Assembly: GCA_043228905.1 (NCBI GenBank)
Contig: JBHGNT010000010.1
Span: 17,856,001-17,920,000, forward strand
Source: Azolla caroliniana
Lineage: Eukaryota > Plantae > Polypodiophyta
DNA: 64,000 bases
Direction: 5' to 3'
The stretch's first letter is position 1, and each line of letters opens with the position of its first letter. Both the position numbers and the translations under genes were made by a program. Under the pieces are notes generated by a model that saw only the letters and a program-made list of their open reading frames with translations, had not been told where the DNA came from and did no database searches. This document shows positions 1-12,437 of this stretch, piece by piece.

Positions 1-73
1 CCCAAATATCTTTTTGAGGTTCCCCCACACCTGTTTTGGCGTTTTGGCCTCTCGAACGTAGCGGAGCATGTGA

Positions 74-289
74 TCATGAACGCATGATACAAGGCAGTAC
101 AACACGCAACTCGCCACTTGCTCCCAAGTTAGGTGGTCGGCATATCCCGGGTTTATTTTCTTGTGCTCCCTTGATGTACCCCCAATAGCCTTGGCCAACA
201 AGCAATTGGTGCATCTTGTATTCCCAAGATGTGAAATTGTTTCTGTTGAGTTTCTCAGTGGGAAGAATGCTTCCCATCTGAGTATTCAT
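74..289 (-). pseudogene. copia gag N-terminal fragment (frameshifted)
   Basis: KL-x-x-NF-x-x-W-x-x-KM-x-x-LL-x-x-x-G-x-W pattern typical of copia Gag N-termini. The similarity is lost at an apparent frameshift near 150. Confidence 0.75.
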
Positions 290-423
290 GATAATCGATT
301 TGTAGGGAGTGGTTTTGCTTCTTCTTCTTCTCTTTGATACGAAATATGCATATTGCTACTACAACAATTAGTCAGTTCTTCGTGAACATGGGCTTAGACA
401 CAACACAGATCAAGCTACCAAGC

Positions 424-435
424 GCTCCAATACCA
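424..435 (-). other. primer-binding site, tRNA-iMet type (degenerate)
   Basis: Minus strand TGGTATTGGAGC versus canonical TGGTATCAGAGC, directly after the LTR terminal CA. Confidence 0.7.
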
Positions 436-492
436 TGCAAAGAATCATATATGATTCTGTGTAGTAGAAGGTGTGTGTATGTGTTGTGTAGT

Positions 493-531
<39 letters not shown>

Positions 532-2035
532 ACGGAGTTCTATTGTTGAATATTTCAAGGGTTTAACACATGGGAGGACAACGATTAAGGCTTCATGGTG
601 GCAATTACTGAATGGATGAATTTCACTTAGGACTCTGGGCTCTTCATGTGTTCAACACTTGCTTACCTCATGGCAAAAAGCACTCTTGTTATGTGTATGT
701 AAACCATCATCTAGTAGAGAGCATTGTAATTCTTTGCAAAAAGAGTTACTTGTGTCTTCTCGATTATAATTATGTTGACAAGGAAGGGAGAGATTGCACT
801 CTCAATTCAATCATTTGTTTCAATTGGGGGTCAAAGAGGTGGGAGATATAGTTGAGGCTCCATCTCAAAGAATTGTGGAATTTGTTGAAGCGCGACCATT
901 ATTACGCATCCGCCTAATCATGGGTTTATCTGGCAACAACTACAAAATATTGCATTGATGCAAGGTCCCTTACCTCTACAAACAAGAGAACAACCGTGGA
1001 TTGATTGGTATTTATGGGGTCAAACGTTGTCGTTACAAGTGACTAATAATCTTTTCTATCATTGCTTTGTTGAGACCCTTGGATGGTTACCATCTAAGGC
1101 CAAAGAAGAATGGAAAATACAGAAATTTGATCATGGGTGATGGCAGATCTTACAACGTAGTTGGCATTCCAAATTGCCACTTGTAGCAAAGGTCTTCAAT
1201 TGGAGAGTTTTGATTGGAGGATTGCCCTTGGGATTAGCTCTAAAGCATCGTGGACTAGCAATGGGTAATTGGTTCTTTTGCACTGTTCAAATGGAAGATA
1301 GTACTCATCGATTTATACAATGTCCAATTGCTTGTCAGATTTGGAGTTAAATTCTCAAATTTGGCAAGTTGACACCTAGACGATGGGTGTTTGCACAATT
1401 TACACAGGTTGACCCAAAATCAGAGATTAAGATCGTTTTCCTATTTTCGAGATATTGGGGATTGTGTCATAATTGGAACATGCGCAACGCTTTTGTATTC
1501 GATGGTAGACATGGAGTGAAAGCATATCTATGAAAGTTGGAGTACTAATGTGGCAATTTTCTTTATTGGTGCAAGTGGAAATTCTTTCCTTAGTGGAGTG
1601 TTCGTCTTGCCTATTGGCAATTCAACATGTTCCACTACCTATGTTGTGTAGTTAGTGGGTGACCATACTCCATTGTCACACCCATTATAAGTAGTGTTTT
1701 TCACACATTTATTAATATAATTGTGTGTTTTCACCAAAAAAAGAAAAAACTGAGTTATACAAAAAAAACATAAAACTCTATTAACAAGAACAAGAATGAA
1801 CCAATAGTTACAAAGAGAATGAGAAGGTGCTTATGTAGTCACCTTCTCTCTATATTCTCTCACTACAACCATCTCTTACAAAAGAGGTGGAGACTTAACT
1901 AGCTACTAAATATGTGGCATAGGACTTAACTTCTATGACACATTAGTTATGATACAAAGGAGGTGGGATGTTCACACATTTGGATGTTCCTAAGATGTGT
2001 TCCCACACTAGGGAAGTTGAGTTTGATTCCCAACA
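436..2035 (-). repeat. copia 5' LTR (about 362 bp: 436..544 plus 1783..2035) interrupted by a LINE
   Basis: TG at 436 and CAACA at 2031..2035. Contains a (GA)n tract. The two halves are joined through a degenerate 16-bp TSD of the LINE. Confidence 0.6.
545..1766 (+). mobile_element. 5'-truncated, decayed L1-type LINE (ORF2 3' part with zf-RVT and A-rich tail)
   Basis: Fragments translate as WHSKLPLVAKVFNWRVLIGGLPLGLALK...HRFIQCPIACQIW (zf-RVT). A-rich tail 1736..1766. Candidate TSD 529..544 / 1767..1782. Same family as 57640..58280. Confidence 0.8.
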
Positions 2036-5000
2036 ATGACCAATGAAAGGCTTATGAATTGGTTCATTCATGGGTTATATGATTCCACAATCGAAAATTT
2101 TCTCATTTTGGACTAGTGCCACACCCTCAACCGCACAAACATCTATCAAGGACTCCATTACAAGACAATAACCCTAGAAAATAACTCTCCAGGTTTCCTA
2201 TCCTCATACTTCAAATATCTCGTCCAAGAGAACTTACACGATTCTACATGCCATGAATTCCCTTTTTTACACCAACCTAAGACATGGTTGTGTAATTCAT
2301 GTCAGGTATTCATGATGCGTGGTCTTAAACATTGTAGTGTTTATACCATTGTGCTCTAATGAAACTAGTCCTAAATTTATCCCAAAAGCTCAATGTTTCT
2401 ATCCTCTTTTATAGGAATTGTATCTACGTTGAGGATTTGCCAAGAATACAATCACCCAACATTAGAAGTTATTTTTAAAATGGAAAATTTGATCATTGTT
2501 GCCAAAAGGTGAGGATCACCATCATTGCAATGACTTTGTGAGGCATATTCTTTAGGATTGACTTGAAAAGTAGCATGTTCATTTGCCTATTTATTGTGTG
2601 TATTTGGTATAGTGGATAGAATATGGAATAGGAAATAAAGTTCCCTTAAATAGGAAACATATCATTTTAAGGTGGATAGCAAATGTTTGATAGTTTACCA
2701 ACATATCTTACTTTCAAGCCAAACAACATGATGACACAAAGATGCAACATAAAGATGACTATAATTAACAGCCAGTATAACACAAAGCTATAATACAATT
2801 GATTGTGTACAAACCTATTCTATCAATTGTATAATAGGCAATTGCATTTTTCCATTTTTTTATTGTGCTATATTATCTTTTTTGTGGCTTTGTTTAATTG
2901 AGAGTGAGAGCACTCATCAATGTGATGCTAAACTTAGTGGGTGGAGTAAGTGTTAATAGGTTGTGCATAACCTCTCAATGTGGAGCAATGTGAGTAGTAA
3001 GACAAGATGTTCAATGTTGTATTACGTGATTCCCTACTACATAAAGCTAAGCACCACATATCTCGATGTAAAGTAACACCAACACATTGCCAAGACCACT
3101 ATTAAGGGATTACCTACCAAGGAGAAATGAGAGCCAAATATAAGAGGTTCAAGTGATTTGCAATCACATCATAAGTGAGTTGCCCTTCTGTTAACTAATT
3201 AGGAAGGTAGCAATTAGTATATGTGAAGGCACCAAGGAATGACTAATAAGCTTGATGTCATGAATACACCAAGTAAAAATCACAACATCGACTTGATGGG
3301 GCCAATAACATGGCAACCACGATGAAGTTGTTCGTAATATAGTTGTAGAAGGCGATGTATGCCTAGCAACTATAGTGAGATTATTTCCATGAGCTAATCA
3401 ATAACTTCCTAATTTCTAAGTCAAAAAGCCCACATTGGCACTCCTCATAACCCATCACCACCTACGTACCCTTGGATGTTTTCACACACTTCTCCACTAA
3501 GCTCAAAAAAGCAAAGGTGCCCTAATTTCACTCCATATTGACCAACTTGCATGGCTCCTTTTTCACCACGTTTGAGACAAACCAAGCAACATGAAAATAA
3601 AAGATAGCATGGACTCACCTCTTGATGGTGCTTCTACCTAATTGGGTGAACTAGTTCCTAAAATAGCCACAATCTCACAACCCGACCGAGACATCTGCAT
3701 CATCATCTCCACCCCAAACCTACTTCTTACTTCCAAGAGCTAGATATTCTGTACCCATATCTAAAAAATTTGTGAAGGATCTTTTGTCTAGGAGCACACA
3801 ACCATGTTCGTCTTATATAGTAATGTTGCACAACTTCATGAGTCCCAAAAACAATTATAAAGAATAAAGGCAACATCATCATATTCATGGCTCAATATTT
3901 GAACTCACAACCTTAATGCTACAAGACAACACTTGGAGATGTAGATTGTCATCTATATATATTTGGCTCAAGAACATAATGTTTCAATGAAATTAAATTA
4001 TAAAGTGTGAAGACATTGCTTTCACATTCTTCTTTAGGACATAATGAAGTCATTTACTATCTCCCAAAGCCATTATTACAAAAGATATTTGACAAAATCC
4101 AAATGTCAAAACGATTTTCCTTCATTGATAGTGACTACTTTCATTTGCAAAAAATCAAAGCATCACATAATAGTGGTGCTCTTATGGTAAGGTTATCAAG
4201 AAGACTCCAGATCACTGAACTAAAAGAATACGGAATTGTTTTTAAGATCTTTATATATGCTTTACTAGAGATGTTATCTTGGATATATTGGAATCAAGGT
4301 AAGTGAGAGGGAAATGTCCTACCTTTATTTTTGTGATCGTGAATGCTCACCAAACTCGAGAGAAACTATGGATACATGAGACATGATTGTGAAGGAAACA
4401 AAAAGTGTGGACAAGGAGACACCCATGAATATGAAGATTGTAGAGCAAACAAGAACAAAGATAAAGTACAAATAAAACCACTTACATGTTGTAAATGAAC
4501 ACATTAATCCATAGAGGTAAATGCCACACAAACACATGAAACTTTTGAGTTTCTTTCAAAGTAGAGACATATAGTTCATCGTTCTATAGAAGCGTTTGTT
4601 TAGTGGAAAGCCGTGTCCATCCATTGCATAGTGAATAACTTCATGCTATTTGCATCTGCTTTCATCTTTAGCACTTACATCCTACTAAGCAATCTAATAA
4701 GGGAAATGTCATTTCTATACACATGTATCGTTCTTTTTTCGAACATATGTTGACGATTGCACAAGATTAAATTTGTTCTACAAATCAAAAGTTGTATCAA
4801 CTTGGGGTCTCACAAACCAAACAAGATGGACTATTATAATATGCTTAAAGAGAGAAATGTCTATCATATAGCAACATGTCACTTTCCATCAATCCACGCT
4901 TTGCATGCGCACAATTTCCCAATTGTGCTATGATTAGTTGGTCATAGCATGCAATATCAAGTACTTACAGTATGAATACATTTTTGTACATGGAGAATAA

Positions 5001-7787
5001 AGACAAAGTGAGTGAGATGCTAGAGCTCATTTGTCATAAAACAAAATCCTTATCGAAGTTATTACAATATATTATGCCAGTACAAAACTTTCCAAACAAC
5101 CAAAGTTTCAAGCGAGGTATACAGTTAACGCCTCAGTAAATACACATCTCCAACTCGATTGATAGATTGTTATAAAAAAGAACAAGTGTAAATATACACG
5201 CATTAAACTATGTGCTTGAGCATTCAAGCTCTCAAAAATTAATCGATTGGAGTATTGCTTGCCCAATCATCTTTTGATTTCCCAATGATAACATTCTTGC
5301 AATGTATTATATGTGTATGTGTCCGTTCATGAGATTTGGAATACAAATGCAAAAAAGAGAGAGAACTTTTTCATATTTTCTGAACTTTTTAACTTCAAAG
5401 CCTGTAAACTCAACATCCACGTGAATTTCAAATATCACCACTTAAATGCACATTCTATGATGAAGTAGTACATATATGCTGACATGGCTCGTAAGTCCTT
5501 AGCATTTTGAAATTTTTTGAGCCTTGTTTCAAATCTAATGCACGCAAGCCTTACATCTTGATCCTCGTGTAAAGACTACATAAAAAAAACCTTCTAATCT
5601 TTCTTTACTTGTGGTTTAAATTTCCTTTCAAACCCACTTACAAGCTTTTCTCACTGATCATTAAATGTCATTTTTAGGCATATTTAAAAATACATTCCGG
5701 TTTAGATAGTACACTTCAATAAAGTAAATCATCATGTGAAAACACCTTTTTAAGCTTTTGCTTGGAGATTGAAGTCTCAATTAACTCATTAGTGTGTCCT
5801 CGATGTTACCTTGGCCCATTTTCATCCTTTTAATCTTTGTACATTGATGTATAACATTCAAAGATTAATCAAGAGATTAACTGTCAATTGTTCTATCTTT
5901 TGCGTTGGTTTACCTTGTTGAGTAACCTTATCCATTAAGTTTGTTTTAGCTTTACCGCACAACCAGAAAACAATGGAAACATGAATGGCCTAAATATTAT
6001 ATCCTTGACTTTGCCTTTAACTTTCAAAGTTTTCAATACTTTTACCTTTACTGTCTTATACGTCAAGCTCATACTATTTTCAAGATTAATTTTTAAGGAT
6101 CTGCTTTGGATCATTGGTATTTTACTCAGGGTTTTCTAATCGAGTACTTTTATACTCGTTTAACTTTATTGCAAAACTAGAAAAAGATTGGAACCATGAT
6201 AATAAAGGCAAAATGTTGTACATTTATTTTGTGAAAATTATCAAAAGAAACATCGAGAAAGGACTTATTAGTGAGTTGTATCATCACAAAGAAATGGTAT
6301 TTATCGTTAAATTTTCTCTGTGGGTATCATTTTGATTAACCTATGTGTACAGACCATGTGATTTTGTATCCATTTAAAAATCTATCGATTGGTACTTTTC
6401 ACCCATAACGATAAATCAAATGTTGATCATATCTTTACGAAATAGACACGTTCCAACAAAAAGTGGCATTCATGATAGTCCTCGACAAAATATATGCGTC
6501 ATGCAAATAGCTCAACATGTTAGCAAGGTGTCATGGGATCAACAAACAAAAAACAAGTGTAGTAGTCAATCAACCATTTCTTGTATGGTCTCCTTCCATA
6601 TCCTAAACTTAAACAGTCCCAAATGCGAATGGATCCATCTCAATTTTGTTAAAAAAGAAAAGTTGTTTCATCCCCCAGTCAGAAAGACATTATTATGGAG
6701 CATTCAACATTCACATGCCATAAAATATATCCCAACTCTACAACATGTTAGTTGAGTTGAGCCTTCACCTTCTGTAGGTGATGCTTTCATATGTATTCCA
6801 TCTATTCAGGACATTGCGCAAGTGCTTTACCAAATCACCTTTAGTTTAGAAAACATAGGTAGCAAAAAGGAGAAAGTGAACAACACATTTTCCACAATGC
6901 AAAGAAGTGCCTAGGCTTCATGAATACTAAATGGAGTGGCAATCAGAGTAAGGTTGAAAAGTTTTTACTTTGGCAATGTCATGAGCAATGGGTGGGTGTC
7001 GAGATACATTTCCATTGGCATGAAGTTTGCAAACTATCAAATGAAGACATACATACATACATATTGATTCATTGTACCATTGTTGGCAAGTTTATGAGGT
7101 CACATTACCATAGAAGCATATATAGACACAAAGAGAAATATATATTAACTCTTTTGACATTCTTACAATTGACAAGGAAAGAGAGAAACAAGAAGTTAAA
7201 ACCTTCTTGTGCTTTCCTGTAAGGCTTTAAAGGCATACAATCACTTTTCCCTTTGAAGTGTGTCCATTCACAAGATATAAGAATTAGTAACAAAGGTAAA
7301 CCTAATAGCTAGCAAATTAGTTTGCTCTTTTTGTAAGTTTGAAGCTCTTTTGCTTCCCACCTATACATGGGTTGTTATCTCCAAATGCTCCATAAGTGTC
7401 TATCGATCCATCCTTAAGAACATTAGGATACTAGTAGTTAGTAGGAATTCAATGTTTTTTTTCTCGAGCACCTCACATTTATACAAAATGATTGCCCGCG
7501 TTATCGTGTATATCCCACAATCTAATGATGTACCCAAAATACAATGTTCTCTATGCCGTCCGTCTAGGAGCAATACAAGAGCTCCCGCAACACTTCACAA
7601 CAAGCATAACCTTTTGTCGCTCGCCAATGGTCAATCTCTAATAACAAATACACTCCTCTCGACAACGAGAATGGAGAATGCGTTTTTCGCCTTCCACCAA
7701 AAGAAGCGCGTGCACACATCTTTCATTCCATAGTGTGTGTAACAAACCAACCTACATATGTGGACTTTTGAAATCTTCGAATCCATC

Positions 7788-10018
7788 CTATGAGATTGAC
7801 TTACGGACCGGGTGCGAAGCATCTTTCGAGCCGATATCGGACGGGGGGATGAAGAACTCGGGAGACAAGCCCGGCACGTTGAAAGCCACTTCCTCGATGC
7901 TCCAAGTCTCTTCCATTTTGGTGCGGCTATGGCTCATCGCTTCGTCCCCGAACCGATAGAGTGTCACGACCGACTCCCCGGCATGGGCTAGCACGACCCC
8001 GTCCACGGTCCGGTAATCTTTTAGTGACGATTCGATGGTTGTCTCCCAGTAGACTACATCCGACCCGGTGGCTTGGATCCGGGTGAGATGCGAGTCTTCT
8101 AGGTATACGAGGAAACCCGTCCGATGGCTAAAGCATCCCAAGAGGACATGGCGAATGATCTCTGCGGGTCCGTCGCTCCGTTGGCTAAGTGTGGATTGGT
8201 CAGCCGCGACTTTCAAGACAAAACAATCCTCGTCTCCGATCCGCCGCTCGCCCACGCAATGGGCATTCGCAAAGAGGCTCGCGGTCATCATCGGATCGAG
8301 GCCCTGGGTACGATCCAAAAAGACAGATTATAAGTGAAAATGCACATGCAATGTGCCTCCCCAGTAATGGTAATGGTAGTGAATCTCAACCGATGCATGT
8401 AGTTTAACTGATTAATCACAATAAACAAGTGGTTTTAAGCAAAAGGATTAGAGAGAAAATAGTGGTGGTACTAAAATTAGTGGTGGATGGAATGTGAAGG
8501 CTAACAAGTGGTTTCAAGAAAAGGATTAGAGAGAAAATAGTGGAGGTAACTAAAATTAGTAGTGGATGCAAAATCCAGGAGTTAAAAAGTAGATCAAATG
8601 TTAATGCTACAATTTCAGGGATGTAGAAGTGAATCTAAAATTTGTGCACATTTTGTCCCTGTTGTTGGATTGGAACTTGAACATGCTAAGGACCCAAGGG
8701 AAGAATTGGTCTAGAAATTGAATCTAGATTGTCCATTTCATCTCCCCTTTTATGGATTAATTGGAACTGGCACAATGGTTTTGAAGCTAAAACTAAATCT
8801 TACATTTCCCTTGTGGATTGGAGCTGCATATATATATATATAGGACAAGAGAGAATTGGCATAGAACCAGGAAATTAGATCCTGCATATTTCCTAGTTCT
8901 GGATTGGAATTTGTAAACAATACCCAGGACCAGGGGGGGAATCATTCTCCCTGGTCAATCAGATGAAAAGGAGTTTGATCCTTCATATACTGTCAAGTAG
9001 CTACACATTCAAAGAACCTAGACCAATTGTAGCAGAGACTACAAAAAGAACCTAGGTCAATTGTGGCAGAGCCTACAGAAAGGAGCTAGATCAATTAGGG
9101 TTATGTAGCTGAACCTGAAGAGCTCTGCGGAGAGGCCGGACAGGTCCTTTGGCCGCGTGCGCACCGAGCCAAGGCGTGTATCGCCACACGATCTTCCCAT
9201 TGCTCCCCGCTTGAATTGTCCCGCCGCCGAGCGCGAGCTCGATGTGCCACTTGTGGGTGTGGTGATCCATCATCATCATTTGCCATAGCACGAACCGGCC
9301 GTGCTCAGCCGGCCTCTTCGATGAAGACAGTGGCTTCTTGGTGGTTTTGGGTGAGAATCGGGCGGTTTTCTTCGATGCGGTTTCGGTCTCCGAAGTGGCC
9401 ATCCGCACCTTCCCAGAGATGTATGAGTTATGGAAGCTTGTTTGGAATCTTGCAGCTCCTGTGGCTGCCATGTACTGGTAGATTATGTATTGGGCAGAGG
9501 ATGCCTCCTGTGCAGGAGGAAGAAGAAGAAGAAAACAAGAAACAGAAGTTAGAAATTTGTAATGAGGAAATTAAAATGAAGCCATGGGGATGGATTGATG
9601 GAGATGGAGATGGAGATGGAAATTTGCTTACAATAGAGACATTCTTTATGGAGAGGTGAGGAAAAGGTTCATGGGAGGAGACAGAGAGGGGTGCGAGCGG
9701 GCAGCCCAGAACCCCGAGGAGCAGCCGGGAATCGAACCCACCACCATTACTACCGCTCTTCTTCTTCCCAGCATTGTAGTAACTATTCTTCTTCATCATC
9801 ATCATCATCTTCTTCTTCTTCACATTCTTCTTCTGCTCATCCTTCATCTGCTTCTTCATGAAACTGAGCCATGAAGAGATCTCCACAGTTCCTACTCCTC
9901 CCCCGCCTTCGTGGAGATCAATGTGGTGTTGCTCCGAGTGGGCAGGACCTTCCATCAATGGAGACAAGGCTTCAGTACAGTATGTCACTTTCTTGGTGTT
10001 ATTAGTGGATGGATTCAT
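7788..10018 (-). CDS. DUF620 family protein (BOUNDARY OF ROP DOMAIN-like), 3 exons: 10018..9632, 9507..9115, 8303..7788; about 431 aa
   Basis: Family motifs LLLGVLGCPLAP, SSAQYII.QY.AATG, AGSNGKIVWRYTPWLGAHAAKGPVRPLRRALQGLDP, YWETTIES, AFNVPGLS..FFIPP. GT-AG introns are all phase 0 and the spliced frame is open. Confidence 0.95.
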
Positions 10019-10074
10019 TCTTGTTCCAGGTCGCAGACAAAGGAAGAAGAAGGTAGGATTAGTAGCAGTAGTAT

Positions 10075-10286
10075 TAGAAGAAGAAGAAGAAGAAGAAGAA
10101 GAAGAAGACAGAGACAGAGAGGGATGGAGAGAGAAACAGAGAGATTTATGGCTATGGCTGTGTGTGTGTGTGTGTGTGTGTCAGAGAGAGAGAGAGAGAG
10201 AGTGAGTGAGAGTGAGAGTGAAAGAGAGAGAGCTATGGTCAATTAGTTCTGAGAACAGAGTAGAGAGAGACAGAGACAAGAGAGAG

Positions 10287-10320
<34 letters not shown>
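10075..10320. repeat. compound microsatellites (GAA)n, (GT)n, (GA)n in the 5' UTR of the DUF620 gene
   Basis: Directly visible; CT-rich on the transcribed strand. Confidence 0.9.
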
Positions 10321-10321
<1 letters not shown>

Positions 10322-10334
10322 CTTTCTGCTTTGG

Positions 10335-10582
10335 CCGTGTGAACCGTCTCTTAATAAGCACACTTTTTATCCCCAACCGTGTGAACTGACCCTTAGTAAG
10401 CAGGTTTTTTTTCTAACGACCGGTGTGAAGCGTCCCTTACTAAGGGGCACTTTCTCGTGAGCCCGTGTGAACCGCCCCTTCCTAAGCACACTTTCTCATG
10501 CCCCGTGTAAACCGCCCCTTACTAAGCACAGTTTTTCCTTCTAGCCTTGTGAGCCCACCCCTCTTCCTACCTAGCTAAGCAC
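10335..10582. promoter_or_regulatory. array of about 6 units of ~42 bp (CCGTGTGAACCG..CCCTTACTAAGCAC plus variable linker) upstream of the DUF620 gene
   Basis: Unit starts at about 10335, 10377, 10421, 10463, 10503 and 10545. The repeat is seen directly; a regulatory role is inferred from position only. Confidence 0.6.
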
Positions 10583-12077
10583 ATACTCTCAATTCACACC
10601 CAATTCCCACCATTTGGCTCGTAATGTTCCCTGAGCCCCGCTTCCCGGCCATCATCGGCTTCCCCACGTTATATACCCGATTCGTGTCCCATACGTCTGA
10701 ACAGACACCTCCTTTTTACAGGACAAAAGGAATTTCTCGATGTGAAACGCCGTCTTCCCACATAGACGATTTGTGCAAGGTGAATAAGGAATTCCGCGAG
10801 CCTGATCCACATATGTGCTTCCCTCAGCATTTACACGCAACATTTTCCACTCATTATTGCACTCGTGCTTTATCCCGACTACAATGTGGACTTGCACACA
10901 GCTCGCTCTCCTAAAGCCATGCTACCTTTCTTATGAAAACATACTTCCCCCGAGCATCTCATGGTCTCATGTGGAGACTCACCCTCGTAAACACGTTACA
11001 CGACAAGGTTTCTCTCTCGGAACATGTCCACCTTCCTAACAAAGGACATAACGTGTCCATAGCCAACTCTCTCTGATGCACATTTTCTTCTGTGTGGTAT
11101 ATATTTGGTTCTTAAACACGCGTCATGCGAATTGTTCTGTAGTGCACCATCTGTTTATGAACATGTCTTCGGTTCGCATGGAACATAAGTAACATCTTCA
11201 CCATCGGGTTCGTGTCTTCACACTTCCTAATCACACTAGGTGCCCTTGGTAGCTATTTTAATTATCTTATTTTAGTGGGTTGTTTAATATAGCTCTTGTT
11301 TTCTTTTCTTCTTTCCTTCTGTCCCAAGACCTTAATTATTATTTTTCCTTTTCTTATTTATTTATTTAACTCCTTGTTTTCTTATTTTTCCTGACCTTAT
11401 TCGTGTGAACCTTTTCTTCTCTTTTTCCTTTTTTCTTTTTCCTTTTTTTTTTAGCTAATCATTCTTTTCTCTTTATTTATTTATTGCTGCTACAAGCCTA
11501 CATACATATTCTTTTGTCTTTTATTTATTTATTTTGTTTTTAATTTCTGTGTTTTCCTAATTTATTTATTTAATTTATTTTTAGCGTTTCCGTTGAACTT
11601 TACAAAAAGGGTCCCCCCCCGCCCCAAAGAGAAGGAATATGGTCTCATGAAGATCATGTTTTACATTACACGAGTTTAGAGAGCAAACTGCCATGCCAAC
11701 CACAGAAAAAGGAAGACCATCGGTCCCGCGCTAAAAAAACATGGGGCACACATGTAGCCTACAAATTGCGCAACAATGAACATCAAGTTTGCTAGTACCC
11801 CGCCCACATATATGAATGGCATTGTGCCATGTCACATCCGACCATCGGCGTATCAGATCACCATGATAGCATATATGCGCAATCCATGAAATATTGATAC
11901 CTATGTCAAGCCTTTTCCGCATTCAATTGCATGGAGACATAGGTTGCAAGCCTAGTCTTGGACAAACCAACTTTTAGTTAGGTTTGCAACCAACCATGTA
12001 TCCGCTTTCCCATTATCTATCTAAATTGTCTACATAGTGTTGAAGCATCCCATATATTGCCCTTTCTCTCAATTTTG

Positions 12078-12437
12078 AATTTCTAATTTGCCCGATGTAA
12101 GCTTATTCCAAATCAAAGAGATCACTAATTTGGCACCGAAACCTTCTCCCAATCAACATACACTCCTCCGAATTTATATATTCTAAAGTCGAACTTTGCA
12201 TAATGAGTTCTTTCAATCTGCTTCTCTTTCAGTGGATACAAAGCATTCATTCATCTTTAAATTTCCAATTTTGCCTGACCTAAACTTTTTCCACAGCAAA
12301 GAGGTTATTAATTTGGTACCTAAACCTTCTCCCAATCAACATGTGCTCCTCTGAATCTATATATTCTAAAGTTGAACTTGCATAACGAGTTCCATAACCC
12401 TACATACTTCTCTTTCAATAGATATAAAGCATTCATT
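12078..12437. repeat. diverged tandem duplication, ~180-bp unit
   Basis: TAATTTGG.ACC.AAACCTTCTCCCAATCAACAT...TATATATTCTAAAGT.GAACTT occurs twice. Confidence 0.85.

Larger units (their letters stand above)
1..2035 (-). mobile_element. 5' part of a decayed Ty1/copia LTR retrotransposon (5' LTR, PBS, start of gag); continues beyond the left edge
   Basis: Gag-like ORF 74..289 (KLNRNNFTSWEYKMHQLLVGQGYWGYI). PBS-like TGGTATTGGAGC at 435..424 abuts the LTR end at 436. The distal LTR end reads TGTTGGGAATC on the minus strand from 2035. Confidence 0.75.

Noticed and set aside
2040-7350. Short ORFs and possible transposase relics in the AT-rich interval
   Set aside because: No motif I can recognise with confidence; probably decayed TE DNA, which needs a translated search.
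9858-10460. Several overlapping ORFs rich in ER, LS and CV dipeptides (similar ones at 334, 16395 and 28420)
   Set aside because: Artefacts of stop-free microsatellites.
10335-10582. CRISPR-like repeat/spacer look of the 42-bp array
   Set aside because: Eukaryotic context, degenerate repeats, linkers of only about 12-16 nt that resemble each other, and no cas genes.
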